Assembly (NCBI GenBank): GCA_977018835.1
Contig: OZ361256.1
Location: forward strand, 1,922,001-1,986,000
DNA from: Minutocellus sp. GHC0000111
Lineage: Eukaryota
Reading direction: 5' to 3'
DNA length: 64,000 bases
Of this stretch, positions 1-12,637 are shown piece by piece. The notes under the pieces are model-generated. The model had not been told where the DNA came from, ran no database searches, and saw nothing but the letters and a program-made list of their open reading frames with translations. Within the stretch, counting starts at the first letter, position 1; every line of letters begins with the position of its first letter. A program made the position numbers and the translations under genes.

Positions 1-46
1 GTTGCTGTTGTTGCCGAAGCATCCTTTTGATCACCGGCGTCATCTA

Positions 47-604
47 CTAAACCCTTGCCATTCCGCCCTCCTCCCGACAGTCCCAGCATGCCCTCCAAAT
101 CACCAAGGAGAGAAGCGCCGATACCGCCACCGCCGATGCCATTATTGCCGATGTCATTGCCACCATCGCCGCGGGTGAAGAAGTCGGTAAAGGGCCGGAA
201 CAGGTCGGAATACGACGCGGGTGGATTGAAATTTTTGCTATTCCCGCCAGTGTTCGATGACGAGGTATCAATATTTCCTCTTCCTTCTCCATGCCCTTTG
301 CTGTCGCAGACACTTGCGAATTCTTGCCCGAATCGCCCACGTCTGTCACGCCCACACCTACCAGCGGCAACACATGCAAGGGCGGGGCCGTCGAGGTGAT
401 GACAGCCAAGACGGCGACGGCCAGGCTGACGAGGCAGTACACGTGCGACGTTCGGAGGTTGCTGTTGCTGTTGGAACTTCGATTGGTCCGATTGTTATTC
501 CGTCGTCGGTGTGGGACTTGTTGTTGCGCTCGTTCGTTTGCTCTTGCTGCACCTGCTGCTGCCGTGGCTGTCGGTTGAGGGAAGACCTGTCCATTGGAAT
601 CCAT
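47..604 (-). CDS. hypothetical membrane protein; model uncertain at window edge
   Basis: ORF from MDSNGQ with two hydrophobic stretches (LVSLAVAVLAVI; AVAVSALLSLVIW); no family recognised. Confidence 0.3.
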   Translation of the reverse strand: MDSNGQVFPQPTATAAAGAARANERAQQQVPHRRRNNNRTNRSSNSNSNLRTSHVYCLVSLAVAVLAVITSTAPPLHVLPLVGVGVTDVGDSGKNSQVSATAKGMEKEEEILIPRHRTLAGIAKISIHPRRIPTCSGPLPTSSPAAMVAMTSAIMASAVAVSALLSLVIWRACWDCREEGGMARV

Positions 605-1162
605 CTGCTCCCTCCTCCTTCGAAGTGCGGCCGCCGCGGGATATCGCCGGCCACGGCCACCCGTTGCCGCTGCTCTGCCGCCGCATTCATATCGTCCGCA
701 ACTTTCGCGTGGCTGTATTATGATATGTGATGGACGCGATGAGGCAGGCCGACGGACGAATTCGAGCGAACGAGAATTTGCTGTACAGTGAGCACGCACG
801 GGAGATTTGGCGGGTGCGCCAAAAGACGTCAAGCAGAGCGAGGAGTTTCCACGCCACGCTGATGAAGAGAGACTAGAATACGAAGAGAGCTCTCCAACGT
901 CTACGTATCTAGCTAGCAACTGAACAAAGATAGCAAGGAAGAAAGGTGTTCCCTTCACAGAAGATACGCAGAAGAGGTCAATCAACTCAGCGCGTTGCTT
1001 CGAGAAGAACACATGCTGATATGCTGATGTGTTGGGACAGGCCCTTTCTGTCGGCATGACGATAAATTCTCGTAATGGAAACTGTTATCGTTCTTCCTCC
1101 GGGTTCTAAATCCATCGTTCGGGAGATTGGTATCGACCGAAATTGCGCGGTACTTCAACTTA

Positions 1163-1210
1163 CGAGGTCCGGGACAGCAATTTCGGGGACCCGGTTTTTT
1201 GGGTCTTTGG
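1163..1210 (+). repeat. left terminal inverted repeat of mariner element 1
   Basis: Matches reverse complement of 6080-6126 with about 5 substitutions and 1 indel. Confidence 0.92.
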
Positions 1211-1363
1211 ACTTTCCGACACGGCGGTTTGCGCGCACCTTAAAAAACACGCGGCAAAGCAAGCAAATCAAAACACATCCGTCAACAACCGACCTCCAAG
1301 CAATTACCACAAATAGACTGGGCAACTTCTGCCGACTGGCGCTTCAAGAAGCTTCCATACTCA

Positions 1364-2508
1364 TGGATACTCCAAAGGGACACATCTTCAGTCCACCGCG
1401 TCTCCACCGAAACGCGCCGAGGCGACTGCATTCAGCCCCTCGCGCCATGAGAAGAAGGAAACTTCCAACGAAACGCCGGAACATCCGCGGTATCGAGAGA
1501 ACAAGGACAACGATGACGAGGAGGACAACCAAGGGGGGTCCCACCGGCATCGTCAGACCTCACATCTCCTCGTGTGTTGAAATATATCGACGCGAGTACA
1601 ACGAAGAGGATGGCTTCGCCGCCGAACAAGCCCAAGCAAGGAAGTACTTGCATCATGACATATTGCGTGCCGACTTTCGCGGTACCGCTACCGTTTCATC
1701 TCATTCTGATGAAGATGATTCATTCTCAGAGATGAGCATAGCAACCGCCGACGCAAAGCCAAGCGGCGAGAGGAGAAAGCCCGTGAGCTCATTCGACCTT
1801 CCCTCCGCCACGCCCATGGTAACAAGTCCAATGTCAGTTCATACTCAGTATGCTCTTACCCCAAGCCGCTCATGCCCGTCGTTCAGCAACCTTCAATTGT
1901 CATCCCCTACCATCTTGGAGCCCTTGCCTCCAACCGAACCAACCGAACGACAGATTGAACGAGAGGTTGAGGAACATCGGAGGCTTGCGTGCTTTTTGAC
2001 GTACGGAGAAGCACCACTACCACAAGATATAAAGAACTACAAGTCACCCACATGTAGTCAGAGGCCCGAACCAAGAAGAAAAGAGAAAGGGGTCTACCTC
2101 CCCTTCAAACAAGTTCCTGGTTGGGGTAGCGAGGTCGCGGTCACCACAGTGCTAGGCATGATCGAAGTCGATCGCCAAGTAAGAGAGGGTCGTGGTGCCT
2201 ACCCGAAAGGGTGGAGAAGCAGAGAACTCGGATTGTATGATAACAAGACAATAGAATTCTCTATTGCATTATCTACTGACAAGATTGCATTAGATGCATA
2301 TAAGTTGGGATATGAGGATGGGAGTAAACAACCAACTGCTCACCCTGCCCTCACTGACAATAAACTTGCCGATGCATATGGTGTGAAGCGCGGAAAGATT
2401 CGTCAGTCCCTCCACGCTGTGTGGCTTTCTAATGATCATAAGAAGGCCAAGGAGGCAAAAAAGAATACCGGTAGAAATAGAAGAACAAAGAAGCCCACCG
2501 TGATATAA
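1364..2508 (+). CDS. uninterrupted cargo ORF of unknown function inside mariner element 1
   Basis: About 381 codons from the first ATG inside the TIR (MDTPKG), convergent with the transposase, basic N- and C-termini; the tracked start at 1075 lies outside the TIR. Confidence 0.55.
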
Positions 2509-2605
2509 ACAAACCAATGCTGCTGCATCTTACATGTAGATCTATAAATAATTTGTAGACGTGTAACATTTATTTAATACATGTGTGTAAAGATATCAAT
2601 ACTAT

Positions 2606-5551
2606 CTATTTATTTGAAGGATGACGAGCTGAGGGCTCCATCCCCTTGGCCGTTTCGTTGAAGTCGATCCTAATTCCAGTGTGCAAGTTTTCGTCACCCA
2701 ACCTTCCAACAAACTCATTGCTACCACCGGCCTTAATCACCAGGCCCATTATCCTCCAGTACTGAATGAAGGCCGAAGCAATTTTGCAGTTAGGCATGCT
2801 ATCGTAAACGTCCTCGGCAGTGTCCCAGATCTGGTCGGTGGAAGTGACGGAGGTGCCTACCATTTTTCGTGCCCATTCCGAGTGCCGCCGGCTCATCGCG
2901 GGGAACACGCTCAAGTCAAGGACGTTGGCGTGAGGCATCTGCGGTGCCTGTGGCTGCCACGTCCAGCCTTGCTCAGCACAGAAGTTAGTAACAAATTGCG
3001 TGAAGGTTCCGTCCTCGTGAGGCCCGGCCTGGTCGCCCTGGATAATAACATGGCAATCTTCGTATTGCTTGCCCGGACCGACAAGGTTAAGAATCGCTGG
3101 GAAAATAGTCTCCTTGAATACGAGGAGCAAAGAGCATTTCGGATCCTTTTTGGTGCCTTCGTTCGATCCAGTAACGCAACAATCAACAAGAAACGACTCT
3201 CCTTTCCGGCGAAGAGGTTCCTTTGGTGTCCCATCGGGGTTGGTATTTGGGTACCGCATTGAACCATCAGGCTGTGATGCTGCTTCGTACTGAGCTCGCT
3301 CCGCTATTTTAGGAGCTTGAGCTCGTACCAGTGGCAGTTTTACAACCTCGCACCCACTCTCAAGAGAACCGTCAAAGACAGCGGCAACAAATGCAATGGC
3401 CATGACCTTGTTGATGTGGCTCCTGTGAAAGGCCGCGTAATCTCGCTTTTTCACGCCGATTTCCTAGCAAGCCTTCGCAAAAGCTCGGAGGACGAGACCC
3501 CAGAACCATTTCTCATCGTAATGCACGAGGAGAACTCGCTTCTTTCCATTCGGTAAATTGCCGTTCTCATCCCGAATGTTCCAGAAATTCCGCACGAGCT
3601 GAGCAAAGGCCAGATGCTTAGCTTTTTGAGCCTCCGACAGGCGCGGTGCCAGCCGCTCCTTGTAGAAAGTGAAGGTGTCGAATGACTTGAGCCACCGCTC
3701 AATCGTCTTGTGCGAGCACCACAGACCAATGTCCTGCTCCAAACCACGGAACGATCGCTGAGGATTGCTGGAAAGGGCCGCAACAATGTCGTTCTGTATG
3801 TGCCTAGGTGCGGCTGCCTTGCCAAGTGCTCCCGCCTCTTCAGCTCCCACAGCTGCTTGTCATCGTCGTCGCTGATGGTGTCGTGCTCGGTCAGGTACGT
3901 TTTGAGCAACTCATTGTCAGCCTCCTTCGACACAGAATCATAGCAGTCTTCCTTTGCCTCTCTGCACTTATTGATTGCATGCAGGCGCTTAGCAGCAAAG
4001 TACTGCTCAGCCGTCTTGTAATTGTCAATGGTAGACTTTGGCCGAACCGACGAATCCTTGGGAGCGGGGTGACAAATGCAAGCTCGGCCTGATCTGCTGG
4101 CATGCCCCGGGCAATGACATTCTTCCGAGACTCGTTCTGGATGTCTCGCAGCCCATTCTTACCCTTCCCCCACGCTCTGCAGAGCTCACGAATAGTGACC
4201 CTCCCATCCGACTGAAACTTCTGCGATGAGCTGTTCCTACTTGAGTGCTGCGTCCCTCCGGTGCTCTTCAAATGCACTTCCAGAAGCAATCTCTGGGCAA
4301 AAAGCATGCTCTTGTCCTCGTCGTTCAATCCCTTCTTGCCTTTGGTTGCTCGACTCGCCTCCTTTCGAAGACATCCATCCTTCTTCCTGTATCGCATGCC
4401 ATGCAAAAGCTTTCCGACAAGAGTCTCCATCGGACTGCCATCGCTCTTTGCACGCTTGTTGGCACCGGCGCTGTCAACACTATCCATCCCCGCCTGAGCA
4501 GCTGCTGTCCGTTTGCGCCTGTCCTTGGCAATTGAATCGGTGTTGAGGCCGAGTGGGATCGGGGTGATGGCCTTGAGAGGCACATTCTTGTGCATCATGC
4601 CACCAAAAGGCTTCTCATGCTGGACATCGCAAAGAGCACCTCCACCGACACCTCGACTGACCACAACAAATCCCTCACCCTCAGGCCGATTCATGTTGGG
4701 ACTGAAGTCGGCAGACACACAAGGACATGTTCCCCAGCACTGATGGCAGGTCGCATGTTGTCTTCCATTCTCATTGCTTTCTTGCGTTCGGGTGGTGCAT
4801 CCGTCGGCATCCTGTGCGACCGAAGATGTTCACGCATTTGCACCCTCTGCTCCAAATGACGCATCGCCTCCTTCATTTTGTTCCTTTTCTTCTCGGCATC
4901 GACCATGGCCTTTTCATCCTTCCGCTTTTCTCGTTTCAAGGTGTCCCTTAGCCCTTTCAAAGCCTCCTCTGCAGCTTTGTGTTGCGCTTCGGCCTCAACC
5001 AGCAGCACATCCAAATTCTCCTCGGTCGATCCACCAGAATTGGCGGTGCCGGTAGCAGAAACACCGACACTGCTGGCAGGATTGCCAGACTCTTCACTGT
5101 TGCCGCTTCCATCCACCACCATGGACTCGGCGATGCCCCCAGCTTCGACATTGTCATCACCAGGACGAGCAGCGACACCAGCATTGTCCTCGACCGTCGG
5201 CTCAGGGCTGGCATCGGCGTTATTGGATGACGAATTGCGCCGAGCAACTTGAATTTGAGAAATCGGCACATCTTGTGCCGGATCAGGACCGGTCTGGCTC
5301 GGACAGCACAGCTCCTCCTCTCGGGCTTGCTCCATGACATCCTGCTGTTTCTGAAGTGAGAGGCCCGCCCATGCCCGGTTCGCTATGGTCTGGATCATCC
5401 CAGGAGACTTGCCACGAATCGTAGAGGCATCGATGGTGCCGCTCCGATGGACAAAATGATCAAAGCATGGGATGGAGCTGCCGGACCGACGGGAGCGGCG
5501 ACATGCTGGCGCATCAGCTGCGGTGGCAGCAGTAGCAACAGCCATTTGCAT
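2606..5551 (-). pseudogene. disrupted mariner-family transposase (DD38D)
   Basis: VHYDEKWF, IIQGDQAGPH and QAPQMPHANVLDLSVF motifs with 38 residues between D2 and D3; frameshifts near 4720, 3935 and 3805; in-frame TAG at 3464-3466. Confidence 0.88.
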
Positions 5552-6079
5552 TAATATGGTGTTGGATGCAGTATTTTGTGGCAGTAGAGCAACAGTTTGT
5601 ATGTCGGGTGGGTTGGAAATGAGGAAGGTTTCATTGAGTGGCGGGCGCGCCGGGCGGGTGATGATTTTTTTGGCCCGCTCGATTTTGGCGCGGGGTCACC
5701 CGGACCGCACAAGATACGCCATTATGGGGACCATGGAGACCGATATCGGAGCTCAAACCATATGGCTACTTGAATCAATGCATTTGGGAGGTGGTGGTGG
5801 GGTCGGGAGGTGGAGGAGGTGACCGGTTGTCATCGGAAAAACTGGCAGAAGTCGGGAGGGGCGATGGATGGGGGTGAATCGGCCAGACGCTGGCATGGGA
5901 AGATGAAATCGATATCTCCGAGTCGGTCCAAGGTCAAGGACCAACCCGTTCTGGAGATACCACGCTTATCCCTTGCGTGAAGCGGATGCCGTCGGCACTG
6001 CCGTCACCGCCACCTTGAAGACAGGACGACAGCATGCTGCTTGCTGCGTGCGTTTGTGCTGATTTTTATGAGATTTTGC

Positions 6080-6126
6080 CCAAAGACCCGAAAACCGGGT
6101 CCCTGAAACTGCTGTCCGCGACCTCG
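6080..6126 (-). repeat. right terminal inverted repeat of mariner element 1
   Basis: ccaaagacccgaaaaccgggtccctgaaactgctgtccgcgacctcg followed by TA. Confidence 0.92.
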
Positions 6127-6362
6127 TACGCATCTGCTTGAAGTCTGGTGCTGGATTTTTTCGATCGATTGCGTTCATTCATTGACTTGTTGCGTTCATT
6201 CCATACCATCCACCGTCGGCTTGCTACTATTCAATTGCATCGACGGATATCTTCATCGATACGATACAAGGAGTTATTGATATCGCTTTGTGCAGAAAGA
6301 ATCGAACTGCAGATCCAACCAATCATCAGCTTCACATCAGCCTCATCATCAATCAATCAATC

Positions 6363-8530
6363 ATGCCATCGTCGTCGTACAGATCTCTGGCGCTGGCCGT
6401 ACTGCTCGGCGGGAGCATGTCCATGTCGGCCTGCCATGCCTTTGTCGGAAGCAGCAACGCTATGAACAATAACCATAAGTCGTCCGCGGCCGGCACCAGC
6501 CTCAACGCCTTTGCCCCGCCTCCCATGATCATCGGCCCGATGCTAAAAAAGATGCGCGAGGAAAAGGCCAAGAAGAACATGCCTTTGGCCTCCGACGAGG
6601 AGCGCGGCACCGAGGCGCCGGGCCTGCGCGTCGGGAAGGGGGCGTGGAAGTGGCCTCCGGTGTGGCCGTACGACCGCGAAATGTTCATGCGGACCGAGGA
6701 GATCGTCAGCAAGCAGCAGCAGAACGCGCTGCAGGGGATGCTCGGCGGGGCCGCCGCCGGGGGGACGTTGCCCGACCTGCCGGATTCGCCCGATGCTGCC
6801 GCTGCCGCCAAGCTCGACCTGAAGCAGTACTGGTCCGAAAAGGCGGGTGTTGCCACCGACATCAACGAGGAAGCTGCCAACAAGTTGAGGAGGTGAGTTC
6901 GTTAGTTCTGCAAGAGTCAGTGATGTGGAGAGAGAGTATCATATTCCTACATGATTACGATGCCTCTGCTTTATATCAAACTGATATGATATCTTGGTTT
7001 TGCCTACAATTCGACTTACTCATTGTGAACAATCTGACTTATATCTGATCTATCCCAATATCATTTCTTCCATTATTTTTATTGCACAGCCACTACTCCT
7101 ACTACCTGCGAGATGGAATGTCGGTACTGGAATTCGGTGCCGCCGAGAACTCCTACCTGCCCGAGGGCCTCAAGCTGGGAAGACACGTAGGTGTGGGACT
7201 ATCGGTGGACCAAATGGCCCAGAACCAGGCTATCACGGAAACGTTGGAGGTCGATCTGAACAAGGTGGTGGCCGAAAATGGGGTCGATTCCGACGAGTTG
7301 CGGGCACTGGGAGCCAATACCTTCGATGTCATCCTCATGGCCAACACATTGGACTTCCTGGAAAATCCTCGGGAGGTCTTCAAATCGGCGTGGCAGCTGC
7401 TCAAGCCCGGTGGTATCATGATGGTGGCCTTCACGTCGAGAGATGCCTACACCGACAAGTTTGGCAAGGCCCAGACCAAGATGTGGTCCTCCTTCAACGA
7501 CGATCAGCACATGTGGATTGCCGGCTCGTGCTTCCAGTTCAGTGCCGGAGATGGATGGGAGGGCCTCAAGGGATTCGATATTTCCCCCGAGGGTGTCAAG
7601 ATGGACGATGGCAAGTCCCCGCTGTCCAAGCTCTTTGACCAGAGCAAGGGAATGCCCATGTATGTCGTTCAGGCGCGGAAGGGAGTGCAGGACGAGTCCA
7701 TCGACGAGAACGATCCTGAAAAGTCCATCCGATCCAAGATGTGGATGCTCCCCACCATGGAGGAGAGAGACAAGACTTTGGTCGCTCCACGATTGGCCCG
7801 ATCTTTCAAGGCAGCAAAGACCGAGGAGGAGAAGCGTTTGATCGGTGAACATGTTGATACTCTGCCGACGATTTATGAATCGCTGGTGAAGATGGACCAA
7901 TTTGCCTTTACTTTTGGTATGCAGGCACAACTCGCTGCCGACCTTGCCAGAGATCCCGGCTTTACTACCAACGAGGAACAAATACGCTCCTTGAAGGAGG
8001 GCCTTGGCTTGCGAACGCCCGGCGATGATTTCTGGATGCCGGTGGGAACTCTCACTGCCAATATGGACCCAGAGGACAAGGTCAACCTACTCTCACACAT
8101 TGTGCCTCGATTCGGAAGTGAAAATGCAGAGCAAGAGGCTGCCTTGCAAACATTCGTTGCTGCCCTGAAGCCAACTTTCGCCACAATCAAAGCCAAATGT
8201 TCCGACATGGGCGAGGGAGATGTCCAGCTTTTGGGTACCGAGCTCCTTGCAGCCGAGATATTGCAGCCTGGTCGAAGTACTCGGGAGGAATTCGCGGCGT
8301 GGCTCGGTGCCATGTCGGACGCTGATTTGAAGGCCTACCTCGGTCGCCGAAAGGCCTTCAAGGAAGATGCGATGGCCGAGATGAAGGCCATGCAAGACGA
8401 GCGTGCAGCGGAGGAGGCCCGCGTGGAAGCCGAGAAGGAGAAGATGATGGAGCAGGCTCGAAAGGCGAGAGAAGAGAGAACAATGCGATTCAATCCGGAG
8501 AACGGAAAGATGGAGGAGATCAAGAAGTGA
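6363..8530 (+). CDS. plastid-targeted SAM-dependent methyltransferase-like protein; join(6363..6892,7090..8530)
   Basis: Signal peptide ending CHA-F; GTGAGT..CAG intron restores the frame; VLEFGA, FDVIL and LLKPGG methyltransferase motifs. Confidence 0.8.
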
Positions 8531-8952
8531 TCTAATTTCATACTAGTAACAACAACCATAATGAATATTTCTCGCGCGACAATGCCAATGCCATCTGTAT
8601 GGTGGACGAAAGGGTGGCGCCGCCAATGATACCCTCGACTTTGACGGCTTGCCCAGGCTGCCAATTCAATTAAAGCTAGTAGGTTTGCTATGCTTAAGTT
8701 AGCTGCAAACTGCGGCACATACTAACTATCATGATGAGGGAAATCTACCTAAATAATTACTGCTTGTAGCTACTACGTAGCTAGTCTAGAGACCTGCTAC
8801 ATAGGCCTACAGTCCTGTACATGTACTCGTACGGTGCACTCTTGAGAACAAACGAACAAACTCGCTCCTCTGCGAGAGCAGATGCTCGCGGAGCCCGCGA
8901 AGCACAAGGCAGTGCCGGTACGCAGTAAATAGACGCAGAGCGATATTTCGTC

Positions 8953-9321
8953 TCAGTCCTTCTTGCCGCGGGCACGGGCAGCTCGGGCCTTCTGTGCCTT
9001 GAGGGCCTGTGCCGCTATTTCGCCCTCCCGGTTCTTGGCGGCAGCGTGCGCTGCTCTCTCGGCCTCACGTAGGCGCTGGTTGGCCTGGCGAAGACGAGCT
9101 CGGAGATCGGAAATCTCGGCTTCGAGTTCGGCACAGCGAGCACACTTGGCCTCTTTCTTCTTCTCATTCCCGGCGCCGGAATCCTTCTTCTTCTCGCCGT
9201 CATTGGCCTTGGTGTCGTCGGCATCCTTGGCGTTGGCATTGCCGCCTGCTGCGATCTTGATCGACGCCGCGGCCGGTGATGCGTTGTGGTGTTCTTCCGT
9301 CTTGGGCTGGGTGGCCTCCAT
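8953..9321 (-). CDS. small coiled-coil hypothetical protein
   Basis: MEATQPK ORF of 122 aa with GC3-rich codons; CxxC followed by a heptad-like helix. Confidence 0.55.
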   Translation of the reverse strand: MEATQPKTEEHHNASPAAASIKIAAGGNANAKDADDTKANDGEKKKDSGAGNEKKKEAKCARCAELEAEISDLRARLRQANQRLREAERAAHAAAKNREGEIAAQALKAQKARAARARGKKD

Positions 9322-10137
9322 CGTTTGTTGCTGCCGGTAGATGGTACTAGTATGTTTTGTGAGCGAGCATCTGGAATCGGTGTAGTGTTGTGTGAAAACC
9401 CTGCCTGCCTCCAAAACCCCGCCAAAGAATCCAAACCCGCCAAAATGAAGCCAGCCAAAAATGAACCCTCCAATTTGGGGTTCGTCAGTCGGTCGAGTCG
9501 AGTGCGTCGAGCCCTCGTCTTTTCTCGTCTGTCCGCCTCCCATCTATCTTTCAAAACAGCAAAATGGGCGCCACCGCACCACGAGACCCAGCGCAGACTA
9601 ACCAATAGGAATTCCTAGTCAACTTCCACAACGGGCCGTCCTTCGCCGCCATCGTCCGCGGCGGGAAATCTTGCCGTTTTCTTGGCCTGGCTGTGGAGAT
9701 ATCTATCTTTTTCCCCAAGTGAAGCGAGACCATCCAATCCGTCAACCGCGTCGGTTCCGGAACAAACCATACCTTGTGCCAATACATATTGCGCGCCAAA
9801 GCAGCCACTCGCTCAGCAGTGGGAACGGAAACCGTGCCATCAGCTCGCTGCCTTCTTCCAATCAGTCGAAGTGCTCTCTGCGTTGAAGTCGTCGCCCTCA
9901 AGCAGAAGCCAAATCGCCGTCCATCCACCCACCGAACCCGCCTGGCGGCGGCTTTGCATTTGCATTTTTATTTGCTTTTAGTTACGTAACACATATTGGC
10001 TTGGGACAGCGGCGAACAACAAGCGTGGCTGGCCGGCATCAGAACAACATACAGTAGGCTGGAAGGTACTAATCGGTGAAGACTCCACAGCCATATAAAT
10101 CCATGCCCATACTACCGGTTTCTGCTTATTTGATAAA

Positions 10138-12431
10138 ATGGAAGTTTCAACGAGGGCCGCATCGATCTCACCAGCCGATGCCGATGCCATGAGCACATGC
10201 CTAATGAACGAGGACTCAGGAAATGATCACGCCATACTGCTGCCCGGGGAGGAGAGTGGCTTTGGCACACGCGCTAGTAGTGGTCCGCCCGAAGCTGCCT
10301 GTGCCCTTCACGACATGCTGGACGAGCAGGAGCAGCAGTATCTCCGACCGATCTTGGTCGGCTACGCCTTTGGACCGAAGAAGATGAGCACCATGGGCGT
10401 CGTGATGGCCGAGGCGTCCAAAGCACTAAGTACGGTCACCATGGCGGCCACAAGAGTTGGCGACATACCGAAAAACGAATCCGACAGTGGTACGCGTCTG
10501 TCGCCGATGGCTGATGCTACCAAACGGAAGAAGGTGCTGGAGCCGCAGGCCTCGTCTTCGGCGGGGCTGTTGGAGCAAGACGAGGCGAGCCAAGGCACTC
10601 ATACCACGGCGGCATCTTCCTCCATGAGCAGTCCAATGCCGGTACCGCGGCTGACGTCGGCTGTATTGGAACAGAAGAATGCCACCGATCGGAATAGTAT
10701 GGATTCGATGTGCCTCGCCAACGCTCACGAGGACAATGTGTCGACTACGGCCGACGACCGAGAGGAAGACGAGGAAGAGGCCCATCCACACTCGACTGGC
10801 GGCATCAAATTTAGCATCGCCGGAGGACCTGATGGCAGCGGCGCTGGTGGCATCCGCAACATTATTCGATTCTTCCAATCCAACTGTTCTTCGGCGGCAT
10901 CTTTTGCCGACTCCTCTATCACTGCCAGCACTTTATCCACGACAGGTGGCGGTGGTTGTGGCGGAGGAGGAGTTTTGCGAAGTGCCAGCTACGCCGACTC
11001 GGCAACGTGCAGTGTCTCGACGGATGGGGCCGGTATTCACCAAATCCAACCAAATCGGAGTGGGACAAGGTTGCAGGCCGTGCGGGTGTCGTTCGTACCG
11101 ATCGACCTGGACCTGCCACTGGAAGAGCAGCATGGTGGGAAGTTTGACGCGAGTAAGTTTTCTCTTCGTTGTTTGGGATGTTCGGCTTGCGAATCTATGA
11201 CAATCTGGAAAGGGAGGTTGTATTTTGACTATATGCTCGATATCTAACACAAACTCATTGCCGCCTTCATTGATTCACGTCAGTTCTACACAAAATGACG
11301 GAGGACATCCTTTACCTATCCAAGTCAAGCAGCACCGACTATCGATCTTCCAGTGGAGCCATCGGCGATACCAATTCTTATGATCATGCGTCAAAGCCAC
11401 CGATCTCTGAGCAGGCCAAGAGAGTAGGCCGGCTTACCGAGTACAAAGCCAACCACCCAGCGTGCTGTCTTGTCGATCATCCGGCCCATGTTCAGGCTCT
11501 CATGTCTCGATCTGAGATAGCGAGAATACTGTCCAAGTGCCTCGATGGCGTGACGACTCGTAGCGGCATACCAGCCAGCACCCCCAGATTTGTGGTTGTT
11601 AAGTCGAATGACCTGCCGCAGATCCAGCGCCTTGCCGACACGGCACCGTTCACTTTACCAATGATTGTCAAGCCACTGCCAGCAGCTGGTACCAAGGCGA
11701 GTCACCACATGATGGTAGTTTTGAATCGTCAAGGCCTCCGTCGGGTCCACTTCCCATGCATCCTACAAGAATACGAGAACCATGGCGGAGTGCTCTTCAA
11801 GGTCTATGTCCTTGGCGACACAGTCCGAGTCTTCCCTAGAAACTCGTTGCCAAATCTTCCAAGAGGCGAGCAAGGGTGCTCGGAGCATCCGGGCTACGTC
11901 GAATTCGACTCGCAGCGACCGTATCCTCGCCTCGACGATTTCGGTTTAACGAGCGAAAAGGATCAGTGGGATCCGAAAACATGGCAGCCAGCCATGGAAA
12001 ATTGCCAGAGAAACCTCGTTTGCCCCAGAGAGCAAGCGCAGCACACTGATACACAAGCCAAGAAGCGGCGTGTAACGGTCCAAGAAGGACCTACGCCAAA
12101 TACTAATACATCTTCTCGAAAAGCTCCGAAAGGGGCAGCGTGGCACAATCGGAATTTTGGTGGGCTCGCAAATACGAAGCTTGTTACGGCCGATGAAATA
12201 CGACCGATTGCAACAGCATTGCGGAGGTCATTTCAATTGGAGCTGTTCGGGTTTGACATTCTTGTAACGGAAAACGATGCCACTGGGCAACGAACCATGG
12301 TCGTGGTGGATGTAAATTATTTTCCTTCCTACAAAGAAGTTTCGTCTTTCCCATCCCTCCTTGCACAATACCTCACTCAAAGGGCAGTGGAGGGGCGAAT
12401 ACGAAGCGTTGCCTCGAACTCTACCAGTTAA
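10138..12431 (+). CDS. ITPK1: inositol-tetrakisphosphate 1-kinase (ATP-grasp); join(10138..11152,11284..12431)
   Basis: VGYAFGPKK, spliced FDAILHKMTED, PMIVKP, LQEYENHGGVLFKVYVLG, LFGFDI and VDVNYFPSY motifs. Confidence 0.92.
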
Positions 12432-12637
12432 CATTTAGCTGGCAAGAAAATTATTGTACGATCGTACCTTAAAAATAGAAAATAGGAGGTATCACATGCA
12501 GAGGAACTCTTACGGCTTCTATTCAAATGTAGCGATTATTGTACAAATTTATTGATATCTTGTCTGATTGCCGAGCGTTGGGTGAAAATGCTGTTATCAG
12601 CAGTGACCCCCCATCGGCCCGGCCTGTATTTACTTAT

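Larger units (their letters stand above)
1163..6126. mobile_element. Tc1/mariner DNA transposon (plant-mariner-like), 4964 bp, with TA target-site duplication
   Basis: Imperfect ~48-bp TIRs: 1163-1210 cgaggtccgggacagcaatttcggggacccggttttttgggtctttgg versus reverse complement of 6080-6126; TA at 1161-1162 and 6127-6128; internal DDD transposase. Confidence 0.93.

Noticed and set aside
1364..2508. Cargo ORF as a Fanzor/TnpB nuclease
   Set aside because: No RuvC D..E..D motifs or CxxC zinc finger are visible
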